From Deltaproteobacteria bacterium (GTDB taxonomy: Bacteria > Myxococcota_A > UBA9042 > CAIXZC01), in the NCBI GenBank assembly GCA_016875215.1, contig VGRX01000001.1, positions 11,312 through 75,311 of the forward strand: a stretch of DNA of 64,000 nt. Direction: 5' to 3'. The notes beneath the pieces were generated by a model. That model saw nothing but the letters and a program-made list of their open reading frames with translations. It ran no database searches and was not told where the DNA came from. The position numbers were made by a program, and so were the translations under genes. This document shows, in pieces, positions 27,781-37,555 of the stretch (position 1 is its first letter; each line of letters begins with the position of its first letter).

Positions 27781-28692
27781 ATGTCCAAGTCCGCTCCGGC
27801 AGCTTCGCCGCTCCAGGGAATGTCGAGGCTTGCGATTGCAGCATTCGGCGTCGTGCTGCTCCTGTGCGTGGCACTGACGATCGCTGTCGTGAAGCTGAGG
27901 GGGAAGTGCGGGGAGTTGGAGCACAGCCACAACGAGCTGACGGCCTGTCGCGACCGGAATGCCAGGCTGGACGACCAGTGCGCAGCGACCGGGCGTGACC
28001 TGGAGGAGACCCGCAAGACGCTGGCTGCCAAGGGGGCCGACCTGGCCGCAACGTCCCAGCGTCTCGCCGATTGCACGAGGCGGCTGGCGGAGGCTCAGGA
28101 TGGTCTTCTGGGGGCCGCTCGACTTCGCGAGGAGCTGGAAGGCCGGAAGTCCGAGCTCGAGAAGGAAATCGACCGGCTGCGAAGCGGCAGCGTCCTTCTG
28201 GAGGCGGAGAACCGCTCCCTCGATAAGCAGTGGAAGACGGCCTTTGCCCAGCTCGACGGGTACGCGGGCTCTCTGGCGAAGCATCCGGGCATCCTCGAGC
28301 AGCTCCCGTTGGGGCTTGCGGTTCGTCCGAGGGCCATCGCCATGCCGCTCGGAAAAGGCAAGGGGTTCCACTTCAAGCTGTGGGTCGAGATCTCGGTGGC
28401 CCGCCAGGCCGATGTGAAGCGGGTCGTCTACCTCCTCAACCACCCGACCATCGTCGAGTCCCGGCGGCTGGAATCCTCGGATCCCACGAACAGCTTCGAG
28501 GTCCAGTACTACGGCCCCCAGGCAGCGGACCGGGTGCTCGTCATGGTGCAGGATGCTCGGGGAGGCCGGCACAGGCTGGCTCTCGACATGCATGCGGATC
28601 TCACGAAGCCCCAGGTGGATTTCGATACCGGCGCCGAGCCTGTACCGCCCGAGAAGGTCCCCCTCATCGACAAGCCCCGGCTCGAGCCATAG
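27781..28692 (+). CDS. Membrane-anchored coiled-coil protein with C-terminal pYEATS-like domain
   Basis: TM helix, ~150-aa heptad region, then FKLWVEI..VKRVVYLLNHPTI..DPTNSFEVQYYG; start may be 27820. Confidence 0.65.
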   Translation: MSKSAPAASPLQGMSRLAIAAFGVVLLLCVALTIAVVKLRGKCGELEHSHNELTACRDRNARLDDQCAATGRDLEETRKTLAAKGADLAATSQRLADCTRRLAEAQDGLLGAARLREELEGRKSELEKEIDRLRSGSVLLEAENRSLDKQWKTAFAQLDGYAGSLAKHPGILEQLPLGLAVRPRAIAMPLGKGKGFHFKLWVEISVARQADVKRVVYLLNHPTIVESRRLESSDPTNSFEVQYYGPQAADRVLVMVQDARGGRHRLALDMHADLTKPQVDFDTGAEPVPPEKVPLIDKPRLEP

Positions 28693-28754
28693 GAGGCTGC
28701 CCGGAATTACTTCGCCGATAGCATCCCCGTCCGCTCCGGGTCCTCGGCCCTTTC

Positions 28755-28783
28755 TTGCCTCGCGGGCGCGCAGAATCTATAAT
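28755..28783 (+). promoter_or_regulatory. Sigma-70-type promoter
   Basis: TTGCCT-17 bp-TATAAT upstream of 28822. Confidence 0.6.
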
Positions 28784-28821
28784 GAGCACGGTCAGGCAAG
28801 CCACGCCTGCAGCAGAGGTGA

Positions 28822-30360
28822 ATGTCGATGAAAGCCGTTGTCTGGACTGCGTGGGTCATGGTCGTGCTGGCAGCGTGCTCGTTCTCCGTGAAGAAACCGG
28901 CTTTCCCGGGTGAGGACGTTGCCGACTCGGCCACCGCCGACGGGGATGGGAGCGAGGACCAGGCGGCTGAAGACCAGACCGGCGATGTTGGAACCCTGCC
29001 GGATGGCTCGGACGACGCTCGACACGATGCCCGCGCCGACGCGGTAGACGATGCCCGCGGCGACGCGATAGACGATGCCGGCAAGGACCTGGCGCCGATC
29101 GACGTGACCCGACCCGAGTGTCAGAACCATTCGGACTGCGACGACCTCGATGACTGCACCGCGGACAAGTGCGCCGCCGGGAAGTGCTTCCACGAGGAGT
29201 TCCCGGGGTGCGGGGAGTGCATCCCCGAGGGGAAGGAGTTCGAGGACCCCAACCCGGATGGCAAGTGCTGCCCTCCCTCCTTACCAATCCCGGTGAAGCA
29301 GGAGATGGGGGTCCCCTGCGCGGACCCGTTCTGCTGGCCCAACTACGACTGTGCGGAAGTCGATTGCCAGTGCTTCGTCTGCGCCCAGTGCGGCGACGGC
29401 AAGTGCAGCACGGGGGAGAACCGGTGCAACTGCCCCGAGGACTGCGAGAAGCCGTTCCCCTGCTCGGAGGCAGGAGGCAACTGCACGCCCGAACCCTTCT
29501 GTCCGGACGGCATGCTGGGCATCTCCCCGTCCGACTGCGGCGTCGACTTGTACTGCTGTCCTCCCGGCGGCGGGTGCGCCAAGGCGGGCGAGCCCCAGGG
29601 GGTGGGGCCCGAGATGATCCCCTGTTGCGACGGGCTCGCTCCGATCTCCTGGGCGGACTGGAATCCCGAGGACGGCTGCGTGGCCATTCCCGGTGACGAC
29701 ATCTGCTCCGACTGCGGCAACACCGTTTGCGACCCATGGGAGAATCCCTGCAACTGCAAGCAGGACTGCCCCGAGATCGGCCAGGAGACCTGCTCCAAGA
29801 ACGGACCCTTCTGCGCTTTCGGCGCTTACTGCCAATCCGAGCCGGGCAAGTGCGTCGATGCCACGGCTCCCGGCGCCTGCGTTCCCGTTCCGGAACAGTG
29901 CCCGCTCCTCTACTCGCCCGTCTGCGGTTGCGACGGGAAGAGCTACGGAAACGAATGTGAGATGGCCAAGGCTTCGATGTCCATGGCCTACAAGGGGGAG
30001 TGCAAGGTCGAGTGCGTCGAGGAAGGAGAGACCTTCGTGGACTTCGACCCGGCGGGCAAGTGCTGTGGCGGCCTTCCTGCCATCGAAGCGTGCAAGCCCT
30101 CAGAGGACAACAAGTCCTGCGTGTGCGACAAGGTGGCGACGCACGTCTGCGTCCATTGCGGAAACAAGATGTGCGGTCTCGGCGAGAGCTGGTGCAACTG
30201 CCCCGGGGACTGCCCCGTCCCTGCCGGCGTAACGTGCCTCACCGCCAAGGGGCAGTGCGTCCCCAAGGACCCTTTCCCCCAGTGCTTGCCCGGCTACTTC
30301 CCCCTTCCGCTGCCGGGATGCAACCTTCCGTTCCCGGCCGCCTGCTGCATTCCCAAGTAG
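28822..30360 (+). CDS. Cys-rich lipoprotein with a Kazal-type inhibitor domain and three CxxCG(D/N)xxCxxxExxCNCPxDC repeats
   Basis: Lipobox LAAC; CPLLYSPVCGCDGKSYGNECEMAKASMSMAYKGEC. Confidence 0.85.
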   Translation: MSMKAVVWTAWVMVVLAACSFSVKKPAFPGEDVADSATADGDGSEDQAAEDQTGDVGTLPDGSDDARHDARADAVDDARGDAIDDAGKDLAPIDVTRPECQNHSDCDDLDDCTADKCAAGKCFHEEFPGCGECIPEGKEFEDPNPDGKCCPPSLPIPVKQEMGVPCADPFCWPNYDCAEVDCQCFVCAQCGDGKCSTGENRCNCPEDCEKPFPCSEAGGNCTPEPFCPDGMLGISPSDCGVDLYCCPPGGGCAKAGEPQGVGPEMIPCCDGLAPISWADWNPEDGCVAIPGDDICSDCGNTVCDPWENPCNCKQDCPEIGQETCSKNGPFCAFGAYCQSEPGKCVDATAPGACVPVPEQCPLLYSPVCGCDGKSYGNECEMAKASMSMAYKGECKVECVEEGETFVDFDPAGKCCGGLPAIEACKPSEDNKSCVCDKVATHVCVHCGNKMCGLGESWCNCPGDCPVPAGVTCLTAKGQCVPKDPFPQCLPGYFPLPLPGCNLPFPAACCIPK

Positions 30361-30370
30361 GAGGGGACGC

Positions 30371-31609
30371 ATGACTTCGCCGGTCGAGGGAGCACACCGC
30401 CCCAGCCACATGGTCCGCATCTTCCAGACGTCGACAGAGGCTGAGCGCGAGGAGGTCTTCTCGTTCCGATATCGCGTCTACGCCCTGGAGCTGCGCAAGG
30501 GGCTGTCCGGAATCGACCACGCACGCAAACGGTACGTGGATGAGCTGGACGACTGCGGCGTCCTGCTCTATGCGCGCGACATGGTCTCGGGCCAGGTCGT
30601 GGGAACGGTCCGCCGCAACGACCTGAGCAGCGGACGGCTTCCGGACAAGCTCGCTGCCCGGTTGCGCCTCGGGCCCATGATCGAGGCCTTCGGCGAAGAG
30701 CGGGTCAGCTACTCCAGCGCGTTCATGGTCGACCCGACCTTCCGGGGGAAGACGGTCGCCTCCCTCCTCGCAATGGGTTCTTACAGAGACGGCATTTGCA
30801 GGGGAATCGCCCTGGACGTCTGCATCGCGGAGCTGGGGCTCGTGCACCTGTACCACCAGCTCGGCTACCGGACCTACGAAGCCCCGTTCCGCACGTACGC
30901 GGGAGGTGGGTTGCGCGTCCCGCTCGTCCTCGCCCCCTTCGATCAGGCCTGGCTCGAGAAGGTCGAAAGCCCGTTCCGGCACCTGCTGCCTTCCGACAAG
31001 GGGGACGGCGGGGCCACGGCGGTTGCGCTCCGGGGCATCTACCCCGAGTGGCAGGACCCGGCCGTCACGCCGCTGGAGAGCCGGGCACTCTGGGCCGCCC
31101 TTGCCCACCAGGAGCCCGACGGCGCAGCGCAAACCATCTTCGACGGCTTCTCGCAGGACCAGATCCAGGACATTGTCGGCAGTGTGCCCACCGTGAGTCT
31201 CTCCCGGGGAAAACGCCTGTACCGGGGCGGCGAGCACGAGGCCGGCATGGCCTACGTCATGTCCGGGCGGCTCGGGCTCGCTCTCGAGGATTCCAACGAC
31301 CCGCACTTCGTAACGGTGCTGGGTCCGGGCCAGCTCCTCGGCGAGATGTCCGTCCTGACCGGCGGCGACCGCACCTCCACCCTCGTCGCGCTCGAGAAGA
31401 CCGAAGTGCTGCTGCTCCCCGCAAACCTCCTCGACCGGTTGGAAAAGAAGGACCTCCCCAGCGCCTACCGCATGTCGCGGAATCTGTGCTACATGCTGGC
31501 CCAGCGCCTCCACTCCATGAACATCCGGGTGCTCGGGCTCTACGACCGCGTGAAGGTCTCCAACGATGCCTTCGAGCTGACCCGGGAGAACATCCCGGAC
31601 GTCGACTGA
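30371..31609 (+). CDS. FeeM-like GNAT (N-acyl amino acid synthase type) fused to a C-terminal cNMP-binding domain
   Basis: EREEVFSFRYRVY..DELD..VVGTVR..VDPTFRG..LYHQLGY; LGPGQLLGEMSVLTGGDRTSTLVA. Confidence 0.8.
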   Translation: MTSPVEGAHRPSHMVRIFQTSTEAEREEVFSFRYRVYALELRKGLSGIDHARKRYVDELDDCGVLLYARDMVSGQVVGTVRRNDLSSGRLPDKLAARLRLGPMIEAFGEERVSYSSAFMVDPTFRGKTVASLLAMGSYRDGICRGIALDVCIAELGLVHLYHQLGYRTYEAPFRTYAGGGLRVPLVLAPFDQAWLEKVESPFRHLLPSDKGDGGATAVALRGIYPEWQDPAVTPLESRALWAALAHQEPDGAAQTIFDGFSQDQIQDIVGSVPTVSLSRGKRLYRGGEHEAGMAYVMSGRLGLALEDSNDPHFVTVLGPGQLLGEMSVLTGGDRTSTLVALEKTEVLLLPANLLDRLEKKDLPSAYRMSRNLCYMLAQRLHSMNIRVLGLYDRVKVSNDAFELTRENIPDVD

Positions 31610-31613
31610 CGCG

Positions 31614-34238
31614 GTGGCCATGCCCATCCCGCTCCCCCTCGATTCCGCCCGCGAGGAGATCCTTGCTGCCCTGGCCGTCAACGGCAGCCTCGTGCTCTCC
31701 GCACCGACCGGGTCGGGCAAGTCCACCCGCATCCCCCCGATGCTGCTGGGCGAGGCACGGGGGAAGGTCCTCGTCCTCGAGCCCCGCCGCCTCGCCACCC
31801 GCCTCGTTGCCGCCCGGGTTGCCCAGGAGATGGGCTGCCCCCTGGGCGGGCCGGTCGGCTACCAGACGCGTCACGAGGGCCGGGTCGGACCGGATACGCG
31901 GCTTCTCTACCTGACCCAGGGGCTGTTCCTTCGGATGCTGTTGGACGACCCGCGGCTGGACAAGGTGTCCGCCCTGGTCCTGGACGAGTTTCACGAACGC
32001 CACCTGGATGGCGACATCGCACTGGCCATGGCGCTGCGCCTGCGCCGGACGACCCGCCCCGACCTTGCCGTGGTGGTCATGTCGGCAACGCTCGACACGG
32101 AGACGCTGTCGGACTACCTCGACTGTCCCGTCGTCAAGACCCGGGGACGGGCATTCCCGGTGGAGGTGCGGCACATCGACGCAGCGGAAGACCGCCCCCC
32201 ATGGGAGGCCGCGGCCAGGGCCGTGCGGGAGATCGTGCGGGCAGGAGAAAGCGGAGACATCCTCGTGTTCATGCCCGGCGGCTACGAAATCCGCAGGACG
32301 GTCGAGGCCGTGCGGGACCTGCATCTGCCCGAGCCCCTGACCGCGTTCCCCCTCCACGGCGAGATGCCCGCTGAAGAGCAGGACAGGGCACTGGCTCCCG
32401 CCACGAACCGGAAGGTCATCGTGGCCACCAACGTGGCCGAGACGTCGATCACGATACCCGGCGTACGGCACGTCGTCGATTCCGGGCTGGCCCGAGTGGC
32501 GCGCTTCGATCCTCGCCGGGGAATCAACATGCTGACCGTGCAGAAGATCAGCCGCGCCTCGGCCGAGCAGCGGGCCGGCCGAGCGGGCCGGACCGAACCG
32601 GGCACCTGCCGCCGGCTCTGGTCGCTCTACGATCACCAGGGGCGGTCGGAGCACGAGACGCCCGAGATCGGCCGGGTCGACCTCTCTCAGGCACTACTCC
32701 TGCTGAACGCACTGGGCGTGAACGATATCGGAACGTTTTCCTGGCTCATTCCACCTCCGGATGCGGCGGTCCGATCTGCCCGGGATCTGCTGGCCTCACT
32801 CGGGGCCACGGCCCCCGATGGCGATCCCGCCGATCTGGACCACCGGTTCCCGCCTCCCTCGGGCAATCTCACCGAGCTGGGGCGGCAAATGGCCCGTGTC
32901 CCCGCGCACCCGCGACTCGCCCGCCTGGTCCTCGAAGGGGAGCGCCGCGGCTGCCGTGACGACGCGGCCCTGGTTGCCGCACTGCTGTCGGAAAGGACCA
33001 TTCTGCGGCCGGGACCCAGGAACCCCCTGGCGGCCGCATCCGACGACCTCTCCGATCTCCTCGCCCGCTTCAGCCAGGCCCGGGAACACGGATTCGACGA
33101 TGCCTTCTGCCAAGGCCGCAGCCTCTCCGCATCGGCCGCACGCCAGGTCGACCGGACCTGGCGCCAGCTTCGACAGACCGGGCAGGCCCGGCACCATCGC
33201 ACGGCCCGCGCCTGCACCCACGGTTCGGCCGATGCAGGACGGCCCGCTGGCTCTGCCTCGAATCGAGGGTTGTCTCCCCCGTTTCGGTCCAGTCTCTCCC
33301 CGGACCCCGAACCCCGGACCCTGCCTCTCTGCCTCCTTACCGCGTTCCCCGACCACGTGGCTGCCCGCTCCAGGCCGGGAAGCCCCGTCTTCAATCTGAC
33401 CGGCGGCCGTCGGGCAACGCTGAGCCGTGAGACGCTCTGCACGGATTGCGACCTGGTCCTGGCGTGCGAGATCGCGGAGATCGAGGGAGGCTCGGGCCTG
33501 TCCACCGTCCTGTCTCTGCTCGTCCCGTTGAAGCCGGATGACCTGCTCGAGATGTTCTGCAACCGGATGGGCCTGTCCTCGGAGCTGTCCTGGAACCGTG
33601 AGACCCAGGTCGTCGAGCAGATCGAGTCGACCCGGTTTTTCGACCTCGCCATCGAGGAGACCCGGGGCATTCCAACCGACCGCACCGCCGCTGCCGCTCT
33701 GCTTGCCCGGCGCATCGTGGCGGAAGGGCTCCATCTCTCCGGCTTCGACGACCGGGTCGAGGCCTGGGTCGAGCGGCTCCGCTTCGTCGCAACGACGTTT
33801 CCGGAGAAGGGGCTGCCGGTCTTCGACGACGCGGACCGCCAGCGGGCCATCGAGGCTCTGTGCGGAGAGGACTACCGGTATGCGAAGGTCAAGGATCGTC
33901 CTGCGCTGGAGGCCGTGCGCTCGCTGCTGTCTCCGGCCCACCGTCGTTTTGTCGACGAGATGGCCCCGGAGCGCATCCAGCTTCCCCGCGGCCACCGCAT
34001 ACGTGTCTCGTACCCGCAGGGGCAGCGCCCGACCGGGAGGGCCCGCATCCAGGATCTGTACGACCTTCCTTCGACTCCCCGGATCGCGGGTGGGCGGGTG
34101 CCGCTCCTGCTGGAAATCGCCGGCCCCAACAACCGCCCGCTCCAGGTGACCGACGACCTTGCCAACTTCTGGAAGGTGCTCTACCCCCAGCTCAGGGCCC
34201 AGCTCCAGCGTCGCTACCCGAGACACGAGTGGAGGTGA
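31614..34238 (+). CDS. hrpB: ATP-dependent RNA helicase HrpB
   Basis: APTGSGKST, EPRRLA, DEFHER, MSAT, ATNVAETSITIPG, QRAGRAGR, C-terminal LQVTDDLANFW..RRYPRHEW. Confidence 0.95.
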   Translation: MAMPIPLPLDSAREEILAALAVNGSLVLSAPTGSGKSTRIPPMLLGEARGKVLVLEPRRLATRLVAARVAQEMGCPLGGPVGYQTRHEGRVGPDTRLLYLTQGLFLRMLLDDPRLDKVSALVLDEFHERHLDGDIALAMALRLRRTTRPDLAVVVMSATLDTETLSDYLDCPVVKTRGRAFPVEVRHIDAAEDRPPWEAAARAVREIVRAGESGDILVFMPGGYEIRRTVEAVRDLHLPEPLTAFPLHGEMPAEEQDRALAPATNRKVIVATNVAETSITIPGVRHVVDSGLARVARFDPRRGINMLTVQKISRASAEQRAGRAGRTEPGTCRRLWSLYDHQGRSEHETPEIGRVDLSQALLLLNALGVNDIGTFSWLIPPPDAAVRSARDLLASLGATAPDGDPADLDHRFPPPSGNLTELGRQMARVPAHPRLARLVLEGERRGCRDDAALVAALLSERTILRPGPRNPLAAASDDLSDLLARFSQAREHGFDDAFCQGRSLSASAARQVDRTWRQLRQTGQARHHRTARACTHGSADAGRPAGSASNRGLSPPFRSSLSPDPEPRTLPLCLLTAFPDHVAARSRPGSPVFNLTGGRRATLSRETLCTDCDLVLACEIAEIEGGSGLSTVLSLLVPLKPDDLLEMFCNRMGLSSELSWNRETQVVEQIESTRFFDLAIEETRGIPTDRTAAAALLARRIVAEGLHLSGFDDRVEAWVERLRFVATTFPEKGLPVFDDADRQRAIEALCGEDYRYAKVKDRPALEAVRSLLSPAHRRFVDEMAPERIQLPRGHRIRVSYPQGQRPTGRARIQDLYDLPSTPRIAGGRVPLLLEIAGPNNRPLQVTDDLANFWKVLYPQLRAQLQRRYPRHEWR

Positions 34239-34241
34239 CTC

Positions 34242-36515
34242 ATGCTACGCAATGCAGCGATCCCGGTGTGCATCCTTGCTCTCTCGGCCTGTTCCGGCAA
34301 ATCGGACCTGCCCGATTCCGAAACCGTGGGGGCTGACTCGGCAATGACCGACGCTACCGCGGATCTCACCCTGCCGGACCTCGTTCCGGAAGAGACGGCA
34401 GCCGACCGCGCCTCGGACCCCATCGATCCGCCGGACAGGGCCGTCCCTCCGCTGCCCTCCACGGTCGGCGAGGATCTGGACCTGCAGATTCCTCGCACGC
34501 TCGAATCCTCGTACGTGCTTCCCGACGAGTGGTACGGGGCGCTGGAGTCCATGGGGCTTGCGCTCGACAAGCTCTTCATGCCGGACATCGGGCTCACCGC
34601 CGACTGGGACTTCAGCCGCCTGCACTGGACGGACACGATCCGTCACCAGGGGCAGCTCGCACCCACGTTCGCCTACATGGTCATCGAGGATGTGAATGAT
34701 GCCTTCGATGCCGACGACGTCACCCTGGCCCGCGAGCTGCTCGTCGCCCAGAACACCTACAACACCCGGGATTCCTTCGTGGTGAGCCGCTTCGACAAGG
34801 CGGTGACGCTCCTTTCCGAAGACGGTGTCCTGATGGAGGCGCTGCACCAGTTCTGCATCCGGCCCGGGGTCGCCGGCGAGTGGTCGGGGCCGACGTGCGG
34901 GGAGCAGGAGGCGGACGTCGCCGCTGCAGCGGCCCTCGTGCCGCTGGAGCAGCAGGTCGCCCTCGCCCAGGCGATCTACGGCCTGCTGGCCGCGGTAGAG
35001 CTGCGCCAGGAGGCCCTGCTGGCCAAGGGGAAGATGACCATGGACGACTGGGCCGTGCAGCACTCCAAGATCGTGAACGGCGGCACACCATACGACTCAT
35101 CGGTGCTCGACGGGGCTCATCCGGGCTTCGACTTCGAGCAGATGTCACGGGCGGCGCAGCTCGCGGTGCGATCCGTGGAAAGCCTCCGAGCCGCCCTCAC
35201 CGGCACCGACCCTGTCCCCGGCGCTTCGTTCGAGCTTGTCGGCCCGCTCGGTCGCATCGCAGTGGACCTGACCGACCAGGACAACACGTGGAAGCACGCC
35301 GACGGGTTCCTCCTCGTGGATGGCCACGGCAATGATGCGTACTACGGCCGCGTCGCGGCGAACGCAAGCATCGCCCAGCCCGTCTCCGTGGTCCTGGACC
35401 TGGAGGGGAACGACGTCTATGCACCGACCAAGAAGTGGGAGTTGAAGCAGGACTACCTGGTGGGTGCCCGGCTTCCCATGCAGGGGGCCGGGCTGTTCGG
35501 AGTCGCCATCCTGTCCGATGCGGCCGGTGACGACGACTACGGCTGCCTGACTGCGTGCCAGGGCTACGGGATCTTCGGCGTCGGCGTTCTGCTCGACCAC
35601 GGCGGGACCGACCAGTACAGGGGCTACGACTTCGCTCAGGGAGCTTCGGAGTTCGGGTACGGGCTGCTGGTCGATCGGGGACAGGGGAACGACAGCTACG
35701 AGACGCTCCAGCACAGCCAGGGCTACGGCGGCCCACGTGGGATCGGATGGCTCGTGGACGAGGGGGGGGACGACCAGTACGTCGCCATCGCGGAGCCGAT
35801 CATCTTCGACTGGGCCGGAGAAGGGACCAACTTCTCCGGCTCGCAGGGATTCGCCTTCGGGTTCCGGGGGGGGCCCTACTGGTCCGGCGGCCTCGGAGCG
35901 CTATTCGACCTGGCTGGAAACGATACCTATCAGTGCGCGGTCATGTGCCTCGGCTTCGGCTACTTCTTCGGCACCGGGCTCTTCTTCGACCAGGCCGGAA
36001 ACGACACCTACGTCAACACGCACAAGTACACCCTCGGCTCCGCCACCCACCAGTCCGTCGGGCTCTTCGTCGATGGCGAGGGGAAGGACTCCTACGCCCT
36101 CATCGGAGACGATGAAGCCATCGGGCTCGGCTACGACCACGGCGTCGCCTACCACCTCGACCGAGGGGATCAGGATGACACCTACACGGTCGAGAACATC
36201 GGCGATTTCACCCTCGGATTCGCTCGTCACCCCGCGATCGGAACCCTCATCAACGAGGGGGGAAACGACCACTACGACATCGCCGGCACCGGCGAGGTCA
36301 CCTGCGGCCGGAGCTGGGTCGACCCGGACGACCGCAAAGGCGCCCTCGCCAAGATCATCACACTGGCCGTCTTCCTCGACCTGGGCGGTACCGGCGACAT
36401 CTACGACATCCCCCGCGACGAGGTCGGCAACGGGAAGAGCTGGCACCAGACCGCACCGCTCGGCGGCGGTTGGACCTCTGACCTCGACTTCGCCTGGGGA
36501 CAGGACAGCCAGTAG
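34242..36515 (+). CDS. Hypothetical lipoprotein with ~12 (L)xDxxGxDxY repeats (probable beta-solenoid)
   Basis: Lipobox LSAC; LVDGHGNDAY, VLDLEGNDVY, LSDAAGDDDY, LLDHGGTDQY and others. Confidence 0.82.
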   Translation: MLRNAAIPVCILALSACSGKSDLPDSETVGADSAMTDATADLTLPDLVPEETAADRASDPIDPPDRAVPPLPSTVGEDLDLQIPRTLESSYVLPDEWYGALESMGLALDKLFMPDIGLTADWDFSRLHWTDTIRHQGQLAPTFAYMVIEDVNDAFDADDVTLARELLVAQNTYNTRDSFVVSRFDKAVTLLSEDGVLMEALHQFCIRPGVAGEWSGPTCGEQEADVAAAAALVPLEQQVALAQAIYGLLAAVELRQEALLAKGKMTMDDWAVQHSKIVNGGTPYDSSVLDGAHPGFDFEQMSRAAQLAVRSVESLRAALTGTDPVPGASFELVGPLGRIAVDLTDQDNTWKHADGFLLVDGHGNDAYYGRVAANASIAQPVSVVLDLEGNDVYAPTKKWELKQDYLVGARLPMQGAGLFGVAILSDAAGDDDYGCLTACQGYGIFGVGVLLDHGGTDQYRGYDFAQGASEFGYGLLVDRGQGNDSYETLQHSQGYGGPRGIGWLVDEGGDDQYVAIAEPIIFDWAGEGTNFSGSQGFAFGFRGGPYWSGGLGALFDLAGNDTYQCAVMCLGFGYFFGTGLFFDQAGNDTYVNTHKYTLGSATHQSVGLFVDGEGKDSYALIGDDEAIGLGYDHGVAYHLDRGDQDDTYTVENIGDFTLGFARHPAIGTLINEGGNDHYDIAGTGEVTCGRSWVDPDDRKGALAKIITLAVFLDLGGTGDIYDIPRDEVGNGKSWHQTAPLGGGWTSDLDFAWGQDSQ

Positions 36516-36575
36516 GGGTGGTGCCGCGGTTCGGGGCGAAGCCCACCGGCCGTCATGTCTTGGCCGAAAAGTGGG

Positions 36576-36655
36576 GGCGGTGCGCCCGCGGCGTGATGGG
36601 TCCAGGCTCAGCCTGGCGGTGCGCCTGCGGCGTGATGGGTCCAGGCTCAGCCTGG
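36576..36655. repeat. Two tandem 39-bp repeats overlapping the stop codon of the DUF4349 gene
   Basis: GGCGGTGCGCCYGCGGCGTGATGGGTCCAGGCTCAGCCT at 36576 and 36615. Confidence 0.9.
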
Positions 36656-37555
36656 GTTCTTCCGCTTCCGCCTCCAGCGGGCGAGACGCAGCAGGCCGTA
36701 GCCGAGCCCGCCGAGGACCAGCAGCCACGGAAGCGCGGCCAGCGCGAGGATGCTGCCCACCTTGATCGCATCCCCCAGTGCCTTCAGCGAGTCCATGAAC
36801 TTGTCGCCGAGCTCCTGGAAGTACGTCCGCTCGACCGGCGGCACGAAGTCGGCCTGAACCGAGATGGTAAGCGTCAGCGTGGAGAATGCTACGCGGTCCT
36901 GGAGCACCTTGAACTGAGCGGTCAGCGTCTCGATCTGCTCGCGGACCCTGGCCAGCTCCCGCTCCACCTCCACGATGTCCTTCAGCTCCCTGGCGCTGGT
37001 CTCCAGGTGACCCAGGAGACGCTGCTCCACCTTCTTCTGGTTGGACAGGCGGGCATCGAGATCGACGTACTCGAAGGTCACGTCCTCGATGTTCATGGAC
37101 TCATTGGTGTAGCTGCCGATGGTCTTGACTTCGCCGACGAATTCATCGAAGCGGTCGGCAGGGATCTTGAGGGTGTACGTCATCTGCCGGACCTCGCTGG
37201 GAGCCAGGTACCGGGCGTGGGGGATCCAGGCTTCGGCCTGCTTGCCCGCGACGTAGCCGTCGTACTTCGTCACCAGCTCGGCAAGCTTCTCCTGCGCCTT
37301 GCCCGCCTCTCCCACGATGAGCGTCAGCGCTCCGGTCTTGACCAGGATGCGCCCCTGGACGGCCGGCCGGGACGGCTCCGCTGCTTCGGCCATCCTCCCG
37401 GCAGAGATCTGTTTGGCCTCGTCGCCGAAGCTGGCTCCCTGCTTGGTCGGCAGCTCCATCGGCCCCCTGCCCTGCTCCAGTTTGGCGCACCCGGCTGCCA
37501 CGAGCAGCGCCGCTGCCACAGCCATCCTCGAAACGAACCGGAGAGTCCCGTTCAT
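36647..37555 (-). CDS. DUF4349-family lipoprotein with C-terminal TM helix
   Basis: Lipobox AAGC; TLKIPADRFDEF, EDVTFEYVDLDARL, IVEVERELARVREQIE, RVAFSTLTL. Confidence 0.9.
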   Translation of the reverse strand: MNGTLRFVSRMAVAAALLVAAGCAKLEQGRGPMELPTKQGASFGDEAKQISAGRMAEAAEPSRPAVQGRILVKTGALTLIVGEAGKAQEKLAELVTKYDGYVAGKQAEAWIPHARYLAPSEVRQMTYTLKIPADRFDEFVGEVKTIGSYTNESMNIEDVTFEYVDLDARLSNQKKVEQRLLGHLETSARELKDIVEVERELARVREQIETLTAQFKVLQDRVAFSTLTLTISVQADFVPPVERTYFQELGDKFMDSLKALGDAIKVGSILALAALPWLLVLGGLGYGLLRLARWRRKRKNPG

